DNA of 63,730 nucleotides, filler included, from Lenisia limosa (GCA_001655205.1; 12 parts of 12 records of this genome joined end to end with filler, not necessarily neighbours in it); one strand, 5' to 3'; shown: positions 13,430 to 30,887, counted from the first letter of the whole stretch. Notes: generated from the sequence alone by a model not told the origin. Numbers and translations: made by a program.

Positions 13430-14016
13430 CAGTAGCGGGTGGCAGGGTATACGACGGGTGTTTGTTTGTTGAATAATAACTCCAAGCTTACTGAAGGGTC
13501 GAATGACGAGGAGCGGTACTCTGGATGCTTCAACACTGCACTTTCCGGCTCTGAAATGGTTAATCCCATTTTTCTAAAGTTTAAAAGAGGTAATTCGGCC
13601 TAGGGTTATAGATATAAACTAGTTTATTTATCCCCTAGCCAGATAAAACAATAGACATCGATAAGTTTTCAGCTATCAGGAAAATACTGCGTATTTATAA
13701 AAGTAACGGTTTTGAAGACTCTGGTTTGATAAATATCAAATATATCCCGTTCATACATTGTTACATAAGCCTAAGCAATGAAATCTAGTAAAACAACGAA
13801 CCATGCTTGATCCTGAAAGACCCCGACAGCGGTGTTGCCTGCCTCGTAAACGGGAATGGTGCCGCCAATGAGAGAAATGGCAATGATGAGAATGATTTTG
13901 GCGGAGTACTTGTACTTGACGACTGGATGCTGCTATACACAACAGCCTCCATGATCTTTTGTTGTCTTGTCTTCGTCCAGCAACTTATCTGCGTGATATC
14001 AGTATATTATTGTTAG
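13430..14016 (+). CDS. Possible small membrane protein (C-terminal hydrophobic helix)
   Basis: Open exon-like segments at about 13430-13558 and 13807-14016, ending WMLLYTTASMIFCCLVFVQQLICVISVYYC*. Start not resolved. Confidence 0.3.
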
Positions 14017-14154
14017 ACGTTGGTATAGCACTTGTTTGCAGTTGAAAAGGCATTTAAATTGAAAATGAAGCCTTTTATGACTATAGCGCCGCAGTTTCCT
14101 TTATCTCCTGATTTCGAATTTTCGCACCTTTCGTTCCTGAGCAAAGAAGAAATC

Positions 14155-16247
14155 ATGGGTCAACCAGCTAAGAAGCAGAGAAAGTGAGATGGCGGTACAG
14201 GAGTACGTGGTCCATATTTTGAATGTTCCCTTTTGTATCTCTTGTATTCTTGTGCTGACATTGAAGTCTGTCCAACTCAAAGATTGTAAATATATGTTCA
14301 AGTTGTTAGCGTCAGTATATTCCATTTTTACTTTACCCCCCTACCCCCTCTCTCTCTTTTTTTTTAAGAGAAATATTATACGTTTACTCTCTCTCTCAGT
14401 ATTTAAACACAGTTTTTGTGTTTCAATTAGCAACAATGATAACGTGCAGGGACGCCCCGGTTGTGGACCCAGAGGCCTTGTTAGCAGAAGCAACGAAGGT
14501 CCAGGAGCAGCTGAAGGGCATCGCGAATGAGACACATTTGGGTGGGGGAAAGGGAGAACATAATATCAACCTAAATAAACACGTCTCTTGGCTTCAAGCG
14601 TTACGCTTCAGCAAACCAGAAGGTTGAAGCGGAGTACCTTCCCAAACTTAATGAGAAGCTGAAGTTAAGGGACCAAGCTCTTGAGAAGATTGACCACTTC
14701 TGGTACTTCGCAGTGGGTGTGGTGTGGATAGCGATTGTACCAACGAGATAAATGTGATTGTTTAAATGACCTTTCCATTACTTTGAAATTCAAAAAAAAT
14801 GTTATTAGTTTCCATTTCCACATATGATATATCTGACCAAACCCCTGCAGTTTGCTGCCCACGACATCTTCAACACAGTTGTGCAGGAGTGGTTTGGGGG
14901 GGGGGGGGTCCNNNNNNNNNNNNNNNNNNNNNNNNNNNNNNNNNNNNNNNNNNNNNNNNNNNNNNNNNNNNNNNNNNNNNNNNNNNNNNNNNNAAGACCA
15001 ATCCCCTTTTATTATCACTTCACTGGTGCTTCTTACACCACTTCATTTCTTTCTTGATATGTCAATTTGGATTCCCTTGGCGTTCAATTTTTTTTCTATC
15101 GAAATGATTCTTGTCGAGTTTTTTTTCATCGAAATGATCCTAATCCAGAGTTTTTTTTTTTCATCAAATGAATCTCGTTCTTCCTGACTGCTCCAGTGAC
15201 TTGGAGGCCCTAGGCGCCCTTTCAAAGATTAATGTTGTTGAAACAAACCNNNNNNNNNNNNNGGGGGGGGGGTATCTCCTACACAGTGAGGGCTGTCAAT
15301 GATCCGTATAATATAATATGAAATAATTATATCATATCATATCAAGAACTAGGTTTCAAGGTGTCCTCAAGTTATGTCAGTATCTACCCTTACCACCCTC
15401 CCCCCCTATGTTTCACGTTTACTTTTTCAGTTCTTTGGTGAAAATGACTTCTTTGAGAATGACTGCCTCTCTATCAAAGTTGTCGCGGAGTGGGAGGGGT
15501 GCTAGTTTGGCGATTGAGATATTTGGATTTGAAATGCTGCAATAAACTTTAGCTTTTTATTCTACTCCGTGTAATTGAGCCAGTAGAGTTTTGAAAACGG
15601 TTCGAAAGGTCACTGATAACATCTCTGCGAGAAAGTTCATTTCTTTTCAGGATATCAATGAAGCTCATTGGATGTTTTAGGAATATTGAAGAACCGGTAG
15701 TGACCGGTACTGTTATCAAATGGAAAGAGGGCAAAAATATCACCATTTCCCGTGAAGGTAGGAGGCTGTAACAGCTATTGCATCATTTCCATTGTACCAC
15801 ACTATGCCTTGTTTTTATTTTTTTCATTATTTTGCATGCATTGTTGTAACTGTTCAGAGGACCCCATCAAAAATGGCACTTTCCTAGAGTTCCCCCAGGA
15901 GTCTTTCTTCAACATCTTCCCTGATCCTTCCGAAGTGAGGTTTTTGACTTTTGATATTGGTTCGTTATTCTTTATCTCATTACTTTTAGGGTAGATTGTA
16001 TTCCTCCACCTTGATAGCCTATTTCAAAACATCGCCATCTGACTTCCCCCCTCCAGCACATCCTCTTCGCTGAAATGATCCGTGCCGACTTTTACCGTAA
16101 TCCTGTGGACCCTTTCATGGCTCAACTCACCAAAACGGTAGGAAGAAGAAAAAGCCCGATATCACGTCATGTTCAGGGATCCTCCCTTTTTTATATCATG
16201 TCTTATTTGTCATTTAGATGGAGAACGAGGAAGAAACCTCAAGTTAA
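14155..16247 (+). CDS. NAP/SET family histone chaperone
   Basis: Spliced model MGQPAKKQRK|DAPVV...LRDQALEKIDHFWYFA...DLEALGALSKINV...FFGENDFFENDCLSIK...VIKWKEGKNIT...ESFFNIF...EMIRADFYRNPV. Carries the NAP-domain FW, F.N.FF.N, I.WK.GKN and SFFN motifs. Confidence 0.85.
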
Positions 16248-16459
16248 AGTGTTTCTTTTTTTTGGTTGAGAAATGAGGATTTCGGATATAGTTTGGACGT
16301 TGCCTTACGAAGAACTAAATTTAAGAGCTACTCTTGCATTCACCCCCGAAAAATGAGAATATGTTCAAAAAGCTATTACTGGCACACATATTGGTAAAGA
16401 TTAGTAATGTGGGTTAGTAAGTCAAACTGCATTGTACAAAAACGCCTTAGAGAGGCCTG

Positions 16460-17558
16460 ATCCGAATGTCACCCTTCCTCAAGGATGTGACGTTGAGCTT
16501 CACCTTGGTACCGTCCATCTCCCGCACAAATATCGTGGGGAACTGCGGAGTGGTGAGGAAACGAAGAAGCGAGGAAACAAACACACACAAAAAAAACGAT
16601 TACCGTAATTGCAAAGACAGTATCCCCAAGCAGCTTTTATAGAGTATAAAGGTGTGTGTTGCATACCAGTCCGGGTGTAATAGTTGTAATCACACACTCC
16701 GTCTCAGCTCCATTGGAATATGACACAACAACCTGGTGAATGATTAGACAAAATGGAGGGAAGGGGAAGGCTTCACTTCGGTTCGGGAAAATATTGATAG
16801 TTTTGAGGATTTATCAAGATTCTAACAAGAGTAGAAAATCTGTTTGAACATGGGAGGTGGAAAATGTAGAGGAGTGAAATAAATAGGTTGTATCTAGCTT
16901 AGCCGTACACACCATTACGAGCTACACAAAGCAAGCCGTGTAGCGTTGTATTGAAAAATGTAGTAATATGTATTATGTGGTAGTCTTGATCCATATTATT
17001 CAAATTTCTCTTCCTTAAGTGAATTGGTCAACACTTACAATGGATATACATGAGAGCAAGTATGATATACTAGTATATTATGTTTATTAGAAGTACAACC
17101 TACCCAACTGGCAAAAATGTGAGGGAACTAACCTCCACAGAGAAGTGGAAATTTTAACAGTATCACCAATTTCCCCTAATTACCCCTACCTTAGAAAGGA
17201 TGGGGATTGTTATGCCTTGACAGATAACTGCGCCGTTTTTGAACTCAATCATTGCGTTATCTGAAACAATAAAAACGGAAAGTTTTCCGACAACGAGGTA
17301 TTATAATAATATGATTGTAACAGGAAATCATTTCATGCAAAAACAATAATAATAAAAAAGGAAACCCAGCTTACCAGCCTCCTGGGGTACGCGCATTCTC
17401 TTTTCGATTTGTTTGCGTTCGCGCGCTGAGCGTTGGTTGTCTTTCAAACTCATTTTACTGATATAACGACCGGAGAATTGTTCCGTCTAAATAGTGAGCT
17501 AAAGAAGCATACACCATTCCAAATCCCGCACTCTTCTTGTACCTTGTACTTTGGGTGA
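16460..17558 (-). CDS. Multi-exon gene fragment, unknown product
   Basis: Phase-compatible exons LKDNQRSARERKQIEKRMRVPQEA|DNAMIEFKNGAVICQGITIPILSK and FPTIFVREMDGTKVKLNVTSLRK. Confidence 0.35.
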
Positions 17559-17658
17559 NNNNNNNNNNNNNNNNNNNNNNNNNNNNNNNNNNNNNNNNNN
17601 NNTTAATTAATTAANNNNNNNNNNNNNNNNNNNNNNNNNNNNNNNNNNNNNNNNNNNN
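17559..17658. other. Artificial scaffold spacer 3
   Basis: Same 100-bp structure. Confidence 0.97.
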
Positions 17659-18210
17659 ACTTATTTGTTTCATAAAATCTCCAATTTTACTCCCCCCCTA
17701 CCCCATTATATTAATTTCTTCACCTCCCAGCCCTCCATCAACGCGTATCCGCATTCGATTGGAAGCGACTGTGATGTGGTTTCAGGTTTGTTCTTCCCCT
17801 AGGATCATATCACTTTTTGGATCATTTTGATTTTCCACACAGTGATATGATACCTCATACTCATGTAACAATTGGCCGACGACAAGGCTCAATTTCTTCG
17901 AAATTATTCCGTTTCTTAGTTTCACCCTCCTCCCCCAGACGGTACCGAGCAGGACCAGTGGTCAGCGTCAAGTGATGACGAGGGCGCAAGCGACGTTGAT
18001 GATTTCCTACAATAACGCCTTCAAAACCACCAGGACGTTTGCTCGCTGTCCGTAGTGCCATGCTCTTCCCTCAATCCCACACACCCACCCTGCCGTTTGC
18101 CTGTTTTCTTGCTCTCCTCGTTTTGATTTTATAAGGTTGTGGGGAGAGGGGGGCTTTTTGTGCTATACAACCGTTTAAAAAATCGATATTGCGTCTCTCT
18201 TGTGAAATAA

Positions 18211-18307
18211 TCATTGACCGCGGTTAGTCTTGACCGATTTGCTCTGTGATTTCCCAAGGAGAGTCGGTCAAAACTTATACCGTTCAAGACTTATCCCGGT
18301 CAACGTA
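18211..18307. mobile_element. MITE family B1 copy with internal duplication
   Basis: GTCTTGACCGATTT...CGGTCAAAACTTATACC...AAGACTTATCCCGGTCA. Confidence 0.75.
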
Positions 18308-18788
18308 TATCGATATAGTATGTATAACTATATCAATCATACATCATTCCTCAATAAATTCCATAAAGATTTTGTTGTTAGCTCACTTTCCAGGAGCAAG
18401 CTTTCTTGATCTAGTCTATTTTCTACAGTTCTGATATTTTGATGAAGGTGTATCTAAGTGTTTACCAGGGGCAAAAAACAAAATGGGTAAACTTCCTGGG
18501 GTTGGATTAAATTTCGATAAACCCGTTCACCCGGGTTTATCAGGGTTTATTTGGTTTTCTCGAGGATTGATCGAGTCTTTATCTGTGTTTTCTTTTGAAC
18601 AAATGGGGATATGTGGCATTTGTTGTTTGAGGATCTATCGTGGAAATCGAGGGTTGATTGAGGGTTCTAATCTTGTATTTACACGATATCTAAATTTCTT
18701 CAGTTTCTTTCATTTCCTGAACGACTCGAGACGTTGTGGGACAATGGATTTTGAGTGTATCCAATCCCTGCTCTTACTACGGCGATTC

Positions 18789-18879
18789 GACTTGGGATTC
18801 CCATATTATGGCAATTCAATTCCATGAGATTCCCATTTAAAATATGGGAATTCCGACGTTTTCACAAGAATCCCAAGTC
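18789..18879. repeat. Hairpin repeat, family F
   Basis: 12-bp terminal IR GACTTGGGATTC/GAATCCCAAGTC plus an inner CCCATATT/AATATGGG pair. A related sequence lies at about 22930-23020. Confidence 0.5.
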
Positions 18880-19307
18880 AATGCGCCGGAGTGCTGTGTA
18901 AACAACCTTGGCCAAACCTGCGTTTTAGAGGGGACATAGTGCCGAGTTGGGAGGGAGGAGAAAAAGACGAGCGAATATGACGACGACGAAAAAGATGGGC
19001 CTTTTTCCAACTGTCTGGTATGACGAGGCAGTTTTTTGTGGTATGACGAGGCAGTTATTTTTTATGTGTATTTGGCCACCCCAACCCCAAAGATTTTCAA
19101 ATGTTAAATATTATCATCGCAAGAACAGAAAAGGAGATAGAAAAACACAGAAGAAAGCACTTGAAGGAGATTACTCTGAAGACGGAAGCAGTGCTTCGTA
19201 TTTTGCACGGAGTTTACGAGCTTCTTCCCTCTCCCACTCTTTGATTTTGGCTTTTTCGTTCATTATCTATCAGGTTAGGGGATGAATAAAAACCTCTTCC
19301 TCTCAAT

Positions 19308-19375
19308 TATACCATCATCATCATCATCATCAACCACCACCACCATCACTACCATCATCATCACTAATCATCAGC
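19308..19375. repeat. (CAT)n/(CAC)n microsatellite
   Basis: Direct reading. Confidence 0.9.
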
Positions 19376-19837
19376 TTCATGCAATTGATAATTAATTGTT
19401 GATAACAGTGAATTTTTGAATTGAGATCGACATTTTGAAATAATAGTCTGAAACAGACTGCCTATCACAATATGTCACGCTTTAAATTTAGATAAGTACG
19501 ACTCCTTGCAATTTAGAGCAAATATAATTGCAAAATTTGTTGTTGGACATATTGTTACGGGAACTCCATTTCAGAAACTTAATGTTATCTATTATTTTCT
19601 TCGGCTGATTAATTGCCACCCACCTCCTCTAGGAAGACTGTCCTCCTTTCTTGGTCTTTTTGCTCTCTCTCAGCCGCCAATTCTCTTCGTCTATTCTGGG
19701 GAGGGGGGTCGTAAAAATAGAAAACTAACGAAAGCAAAATAATATAGAAAAAAAACAAAAACAAATCTGCTTAACAATTGACAAAAACGAGGGTTCAACG
19801 CAGCAAAAAAATCAACTGGCGATGAAACAACATGATG

Positions 19838-19989
19838 AACAGTGACTGCGATAAGTCCTGACACAATTGACTATAGATAAATATCAATAGGATTTATTCC
19901 TTGGTTATACTCTGACCGCGATAAGTCTTGACACAATTGACTCAAGTTAAATCTCAATATGTGTGTCGGGACTTATCTCGGGCAGTGTG
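19838..19989. mobile_element. MITE family B2 copy with duplicated left arm
   Basis: Two CAGTGACTGCGATAAGTCCTGACACAATTGA-like arms, then a GTGTCGGGACTTATC arm. Confidence 0.7.
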
Positions 19990-20759
19990 CATATAATAAA
20001 ATTTAATGAAAAAATGCAAAAAATATGACGTGATGATATATCATACAATGTAATATATAATATAGCTATAATATATCATACAATATTGATATGTATGATA
20101 TACTACATGTAATATTCATATATTATATTATTATTAGATAAAAACTCCCCAAGCCAACTTTGTGCATTTCTAGCGATCCGATATACTGCCGGACTTTAAC
20201 CACACAGCTCTTGGCTAAAAGGAGAAGTGAATAATGGGAGTGCGAGAGGGATCATAATTGGACTTCCCAACGGTCCGAAAAAGACCGTTTAAATATTGAT
20301 ATTTATCGAGGATTCATCGAGAGATTCGGTCTTAATCATAAATGACCAATGGCCCCACTCCAGAAAATGGGGTATCAAAACAAAAGCGCTGACAAAAGAC
20401 TAAGGAGTACGGAGGTTTAACAATATTTTATTCGGAGTGTTAGGAAGTTCTAATGGGAATACATTAAGGTGGTTCTGTCTTTTTTTGATTTTGCAAAAAA
20501 AATTGAAAAAATTGTGTAAGTAGTTAAAATGACCCTTCGGGATAATATCTCAGGGTTGAACATGTGAGGTAATGCCCTCACCCACACTTTTCTTATTTAC
20601 TCCCTCACCTTTCTCATTAATTTCCTCAATATTGTCAAAAAACTCTGACGGCGTAACCCCAGGTGGCCTTTTATTTCCGTCTTTAGCCTCGGTTTTGGCC
20701 AGGTCTTTTACGATCGTCCCGGGACCAAGGTAGAAATAGTCCGACCGACTCACGAGCTC

Positions 20760-20859
20760 NNNNNNNNNNNNNNNNNNNNNNNNNNNNNNNNNNNNNNNNN
20801 NNNTTAATTAATTAANNNNNNNNNNNNNNNNNNNNNNNNNNNNNNNNNNNNNNNNNNNN
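20760..20859. other. Artificial scaffold spacer 4
   Basis: Same 100-bp structure. Confidence 0.97.
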
Positions 20860-20936
20860 TACCCCAGGATTTCATCCACTCCTATCATGTTCAGCATGAA
20901 GAACCCACCAATTCCCTCCTCCCGATATCATAAAAT

Positions 20937-21033
20937 AACTTCCCTTCGGTCCCAAAAAAAGAATGAATTTCTCGATAAATTCTCGATTAATATCGATATT
21001 TTAATTATTTTTTTCGGACCGTAGGGAAGCCCA
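20937..21033. mobile_element. MITE family A copy (CCCTACGGTCC-type TIR)
   Basis: Arms CTTCCCTTCGGTCCCAAAAAAA / TTTTTTTCGGACCGTAGGGAAG around the family core. Confidence 0.75.
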
Positions 21034-21049
21034 AATAATAACCCACCAA

Positions 21050-21620
21050 TTTGCCACATGCAGTCTGCTGGCTTGACGTCATGACTCAGCTCTCCCTGAA
21101 ATGGTGAGCTGGATGATGGATAGGGTTGCAAAAGTGCATGATTAATACGGAACAGCACAATTAGCGGTTATTCTGCTTTATAATTTCCAATTCTGTCAAC
21201 AGATTATGATATCGTCCCAACCTCAACAAGAACTTCTTGGGTCTTTGCGATCTTGACTGACAAGTGCTTCTGCAAACGTGAGTATTGTTGTTTAAAAGAT
21301 GTCTTTTGAAGAAGGAGTGTGATTGTCTTTTGTCTTTTATCTACATAAGTGGTGATAGGGTTGCTTCAAACTGCATAATCATACTATATCCTTCCTTGTA
21401 CTTATTCATTTCATCACTCATTTCATTTACAGTATTCATGAGATGTTTCCAATAATTGTCATTTTATAAGATAGAATAGATGATCCAACATGAAAAGATC
21501 CCGATATTCAAGAAATGAAAGAGGAGCTCACAGGCTTGAAGACAACCATCAGATCGCGTCCTCTGGTTCCCTCGGGAAGATCAATGGTGAGGGTGACGTC
21601 AGTAGTGGTCTGTTCGAAGG
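21050..21620 (-). CDS. CS (p23/NudC-like) domain protein, partial
   Basis: Exons NHTFEQTTTDVTLTIDLPEGTRGRDLMVVFKP|KHLSVKIAKTQEVLVE|GELSHDVKPADCMWQI match the NudC CS-domain pattern (QT..eV.v...P.gt+.kdl.V....L.V......G.L...V....s.W). Ends uncertain. Confidence 0.7.
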
Positions 21621-21969
21621 TGTGGTTGGCTACAGGTCAGAGGATGATCTATTGGTATCGAAGACATACCTGGCATTTTCGCTGCAATATTTGAAAAAAA
21701 GAACTGAAGCACAAATAATTAAGAGCCTATTAACGGTGTGGAAGAGGCTGGGGAAATTCAAAATTTCACAAAAAGGTAGGTCTCCGGCCCGGGTTGTTCA
21801 AGCTATAATTAATGATGTCATGACGTCATGTGAAGCAAAACTTACCGTATATGGCAGGTTCCCATCTCACAAGGGTCTTCTGTAAGATCCAGAGGTGATC
21901 TGGGAAATAGCAGGTGTCTTTAGTGTTAAGTTATTTGTTTATTGAGTTTTTTTCCGCTGTTGCCTCAAA

Positions 21970-25585
<3,616 letters not shown>

Positions 25586-26840
25586 ACCCTTGTGTAATAA
25601 ACTATATGTGTTTTCTTATGTCGTATCTTTTGCTATTCGCATTGTGTGAAATAGCACACTTTGAATATTCAACTATTTCGTGTAAACATGCAGGCAATAA
25701 TGATATGCAATTTATAAGATATGCACTTAAGAATCCACAACCATGGGATAACACCTAACCCACTTCTCCAATTCTCTCAAAAAAAAAACGAAACAAAAAA
25801 CAAGCAGAAACAAGCACAGAAACATGACACTATTACCGACAGTAGCCGACATATTATTTGAAATGAACGGGCAATTAAACAACTCGAGTTCAAGGCTCTG
25901 ATGAATAAAACACCAGTGACAATCAAAAATTTGAGAAGAAGACAATAATAAATAGGAAACAAGCCAACCATAGAGACCATAAAAAAGATTATGTTTAAAA
26001 GGGAAAAAGGATTCCACTGATATTAAGAATTAAGTAGAAAGACACACTGTACCCAAATCTATTTAGGCCGGACTGCTTTGAGTCCGTTTGCGCGCGCACC
26101 TCTGGCGGGCGGTCGAGTCTGAGGAGGCGTCTGGATGGTGAGGAGGGCCTCATTTTGGTACCAAAAATTCAAGGACAATACCGATATTGGGGATTAATCG
26201 AGAATTCCGTCTTTTTTTTGAAACAGAAGTGAGGCAATATGGTGAGTAAGTGGTGGAACTGCATTTGGAGACAGTTCAAAACAAAAAAAAAAAGGTAGAA
26301 TTTTGAAGTAACAGAATAATGACAAATCAAAAAAAGTTAATGTTGAGAGAAGTCGAATTGTGAAAGTAGCAACATACACTGAAAGATAAAAAGTCGGAAG
26401 AAATGAAAATGGCGAATATTTTATTATTCTTATTTCATTAACCAAAACAACAACAGAAAAAATAATAATAAAAAATCTGAGAAACAGTAATATCTACTTC
26501 CTTCCCCAACAAAATTGTTTCTGCTTCTTCACTAGTTGTTCAGTTATGTGCTGAAAGAGTGAAACTCTCACATTGATGACCCTATCTTAAAAAAGACACT
26601 TTGCCATGGGGCACTGGCTCACTTCTCTTGATCCTTGTTTTTAATAATTTCTCTTTGTTACTGTTATTCTTGGCAACCTTGTTGTGATAATAATAATCTG
26701 AGTCTAAAGGAGCGTAATTAGTTTTGCCCCTATCCCAATTTTGAATATGAATTGATAGTCCCCTCTTGTTCCTCAAAATCTGTTTTAAACCGTAGAAAAA
26801 TCCAATACCTTCAAGGCATTGCCGAGATGGTGCATGGCAC

Positions 26841-26935
26841 TAGAGCTTCACCTCGGTTCCAAAAACATCGGTAAAATATAGATAATTTTTGAAGATTTAT
26901 CGAGAAATTCAGTCTTTTTTCGAACCGAAGTGACC
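26841..26935. mobile_element. MITE family A copy
   Basis: TAGAGCTTCACCTCGGTTCC...CGAACCGAAGTGA with the family core. Confidence 0.75.
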
Positions 26936-27044
26936 TCGTGTTCTTTTTTATTTCTGGCTTCAATCTTGGTTTTCTTCTTCGAAATTCTCCTGAAACAGTT
27001 CATACCCATCTCAAGATATTATGAAGTACGTGTCCGACACATAG

Positions 27045-27126
27045 TAGGGCTTCACTTTCGATTCCAAAGCTCTGACAAAATATCGATATCGAAAAATCCA
27101 GTCTCTTTTGGAACCCCAAATCCATA
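27045..27126. mobile_element. MITE family A copy, degenerate
   Basis: TAGGGCTTCACTTTCGATTCC end plus ATATCGAT core. Confidence 0.6.
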
Positions 27127-27539
27127 GTACGGGTTTGTTTTCTTTTGTGATGCTGGAAAAAGGAAGTAGAAAAAAATCAAGCAATTTACAGATTATATAG
27201 GAACCTAATCAGCAATAAGTAAAAAAGCTTAAAAAACAACAAAAGCGGAAGAAAGCCCCAAAATTACATATCTAAATCTCAGGGAAGAATAAGTGATGAA
27301 TAGTCAATCATCACGTTCAAATTTACAGTCCTACCTTTTTTGCAGTAGGTTTTTTAGCCTTCCACGAAGAGCCATTACCGCGAGGGGTGTTGGTGGTGTT
27401 GGTATTGTTCTGCCATGGTCGCTGTTGGCCTAAGCGGAATAAAACATGATGATAATGATTGTCTTAATATGGTACGTGGGGTGTGATGATGGTACAATGA
27501 CAATACTGAATGATACAGTATATCATATATACCGCGGCC

Positions 27540-28540
27540 GCTTACCTTGAGGCATGGTCGCATTTGTTGAAGGCTTCCACACCCGCTGCCTCACATATCC
27601 CTTTGGCTTGGGAGCTGGAGCTGGCAAATTAGACAAAAGAGAGAAAATATGAAATGGACTGCGCAAAGTGATCATAATGGTTATGGCTTTATATATACGT
27701 TAAGAAAAAAAAAGTTAAGATTTTCAAAAAATCAAGAGCAAAACAAATCGTAACAAGACGTTAGAAGGGCCGTGTTAGATCTGCTTGACAGATGTTCACC
27801 ACAGCTTCGTCAACAGTCTGAGGTTCACTGACACTTTCATTCCGTCTTTTCAGTGTAATACCGCAAAATACGGAAATATTTGCCGTATAATATATATGCA
27901 ATTGCTCTCGGAGCCTACCTAGGACTTACCTACGGTCCAAAAAAAGACCGGTAAAATATCGATATTTATCGAGGATTTATCGAGAAATTCAGCATTTTTT
28001 TGGGACCCACGAGGAACCCTAACTCTTCCCCATAAAAAAACTACCCAATACCCACCATCAAATTCCTGGGTCTGAGTTTGATTCTGCGAGTTTCTAGAAG
28101 GGGAACACGGGCCGTATCGGCTAACATGAGCTTGCATGGCTCGGATGATGTCACTTCCACACTCCGATATCTTGGGGGGGAGGGTAAAAACAAAAAGCCG
28201 AAGATGAACAACGCAAATAGTACATCCCAAAAAGGCATTGCAAAGTATTAGCATAAAAAGTCCGTCCTACCATCTTGCTTTCCAAAGATTAACAAACAAA
28301 TACCAAAAAGACATTGTAAATAACAGAAATGCAGAAGACAAGCAACGCCCCAAAAACCACAGTGTAACACAAAAAGCACGTGAAAATCCCCAAAAAGGTG
28401 AAGGGAAAGCACTGACCCCTCCCTACCCTCTTGATGTCAAAGGATCGGACTTTGTGAAGGTCATCCACTGTTCTTGGGTTGTGGGCAATGATACGATCAA
28501 GGACAACGTTACTGGGAAAAGTGAGTTTACGGGCTTGATA
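27540..28540 (-). CDS. HRDC-domain protein (RecQ/WRN/BLM- or Rrp6-like C-terminal region), partial
   Basis: ARKLTFPSNVVLDRIIAHNPRTVDDLHKVRSFDIKR|ISECGSDIIRAMQAHV fits the HRDC pattern (..N..L..ia...P.t..eL..i.g....k...G..il..i). 5' part is off scaffold. Confidence 0.6.
27920..28021. mobile_element. MITE family A copy
   Basis: TAGGACTTACCTACGGTCC...GAGGAACCCTA with the family core. Confidence 0.75.
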
Positions 28541-28952
28541 AATAGAAATGAGAAAAATATGGAGGAACAATAAATGGTAAACTGAAGGAGATGGAATGGA
28601 TATCATATGGTGACTGTGAAAAGAGTAAAAGAGTAGGTAAAATATGATCAAAATNNNNNNNNNNNNNNNNNNNNNNNNNNNNNNNNNNNNNNNNNNNNNN
28701 NNNNNNNNNNNNNNNNNNNNNNNNNNNNNNNNNNNNNNNNNNNNNNNNNNNNNNNNNNNNNNNNNNNNNNNNNNNNNNNNNNNNNNNNNCAGTGGAGACT
28801 TTACTGTTTTTTTGCAAACAAAAGTAAAGTAGTGCACATAAACCACAGAAATCACGAGAAACACCTCTGTAAAAATACTAAAACGATTGTAACAACACTA
28901 CATACTATATAACAATGATAACAATGATAACAATAATGATAATAATGATAAT

Positions 28953-29052
28953 NNNNNNNNNNNNNNNNNNNNNNNNNNNNNNNNNNNNNNNNNNNNTTAA
29001 TTAATTAANNNNNNNNNNNNNNNNNNNNNNNNNNNNNNNNNNNNNNNNNNNN
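28953..29052. other. Artificial scaffold spacer 5
   Basis: Same 100-bp structure. Confidence 0.97.
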
Positions 29053-29128
29053 AAAATGATTAGAAGGACCCGGGGGTTTTCTTTTTTTTCGTTTTTTTTT
29101 TCTTTTCAGGTCTTTTTTGACGTTTATC

Positions 29129-30478
29129 ATGGCTTTTGGAGGTACGAATGGCCTCTATAAATAGAACAACACCTTTTATTGATATATGAATTTTTTTAGC
29201 ATGTGCAGTTCTTAGTAAACCAACTCTTTGATTTTAATAGGCACTTTATCACTATTTTAGGACGTGGTGGACCCCCCCGTGGTGGTAGAGGTGGTGGAGG
29301 CCGTGGAGGCGGAGCTGTTCGTGGCCGTGGAGGTGGACGCGGTGGTGGAGGCCGTGGTGGTGGAGGAAGAGGCGGTGGAGGCCGTGGTGGTGGAGGACGT
29401 GGTGGTGCTCGCGGTGGAATGAGAGGTGGAGCTAAGGTTGTTGTTGAGCCTCATCGTCATCCTGGTGTCTTCATTTCTCGTGGAAAGGAGCAGGCTATTT
29501 GTACTCTCAATTCCGTTCCTGGAGAGTCTGTTTATGGCGAGAAGCGCGTCTCTGTCGATGTAAGCTGTCAAATATCTTTTAAAAGCGTTAATTTTCGTGT
29601 AGAACCCAGATGGAACTAAAACTGAGTATCGTCTCTGGAATCCTCTTCGCTCGAAGCTTGGTGTTGCTATCCTTGCTGGTCTTGACGATATCTGGTGAGG
29701 TTTTGGTTATTTTATGGCAATTTCTCCGAGTGTTTCTGACTTTGTTTCTAGGATTAAGCCAGGACTCCGTGTTCTTTACATCGGTGCTGCTGCTGGTACC
29801 ACCGTTTCTCACGTTTCTGATGTTGTTGGCCCCGAAGGTGCCGTCTACGCTGTTGAGTTCTCTCACCGCCCTGGTCGCGACCTTGTTAACCTTGCCAAGA
29901 AGAGAACTAACGTTATCCCTATCATTGAAGATGCTCGTTACCCTCAGAAGTACCGTAAGGGGATTTCCTCTTTGTTTTATCACCTGACTTCCCTCCTCTT
30001 CGACCCTCTTACTGGTTTTTTTTAATGAATAATTGAGCGAGTAATAAAATAATGCACAGTTCTTGGTTGCAGTTTTGAAGTCACTTGATCATTTTCTTTA
30101 GGCATGCTTGTCCCCATGGTTGATGTCATCTTTGCCGATGTTGCACAGCCTGATCAAGCCCGTATTGTTGGTCTTAACGCCAACATGTTCCTGAAGACTG
30201 GTGGCAAGTGCGTTGTTTCCATTAAGGTAAGCCTGTGATAATTTTTTTATATTGTGCCTTCTGAATGTCTTCTTTGCTCCTTTGCTCTTCTAATTGCATT
30301 TTAGGCGTCTTGCATTGACTCTACTGCTGAGCCCACCTCAGTGTATCACAGTGAAATTGATCTTCTCAAGAAGGACGGTTTCTTCCCCATCCAGTTCGTT
30401 ACCCTCGAGCCTTATGAGCGTGACCATTGTGTTGTCACTTGCTCTTACAGAATAAAGCACAAGAAGAACAAGAACTAA
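29129..30478 (+). CDS. FBL: Fibrillarin (box C/D snoRNP methyltransferase), 6 exons
   Basis: RGG/GAR N-terminus followed by [76 protein letters not shown] and TLEPYERDH. All introns are GT-AG and the frame is complete. Confidence 0.98.
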
Positions 30479-30887
30479 GTGTTTATCCCCCCTCTTTTAG
30501 ATTTTCTTATTCGCCTCACTCCCTTGTTTCTGTATCATTGAGTTCTGATGTTCTGATACAATTCTACCTTACAAACTCCAAATTGTGTTACTTTTTATAT
30601 TAAAAAACAATAGAGATTTGAGGGATGACCAAGATCTCCCTAAACATAACACATATGCAAGCACATGCAGAAAGCGCCCCCTGTAATATACAGCGGGTTC
30701 AGTCAGGTTCAGTCGTTGTTTTTGTTTTTGCGCGTCCTCCTACCTAACAACAACTACAAACAACCTAAAACTTATTAATAATAATAATCTAATATACAAA
30801 GCATTTCGGCATTGAGCAACGGGAAAGGGGATTGCTGGCGCTAACTTGTGTTCCTGAAGTCTGACTGCATTTCACCCCGCTGTATTG

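Noticed and set aside
26050-26260. SLNFW-containing exon as a JmjC C-terminus
   Set aside because: No upstream HxD or wwH-V motif could be spliced on; the match is too short to call.
29588-29987. Long antisense and alternative-frame ORFs over fibrillarin (also over tubulin and the transposase-like gene)
   Set aside because: These are shadow ORFs of real exons with biased codon usage.
29129-30478. Intron-encoded box C/D snoRNAs in the fibrillarin gene
   Set aside because: The introns are short and I found no paired C (RTGATGA) and D (CTGA) boxes with terminal stems.
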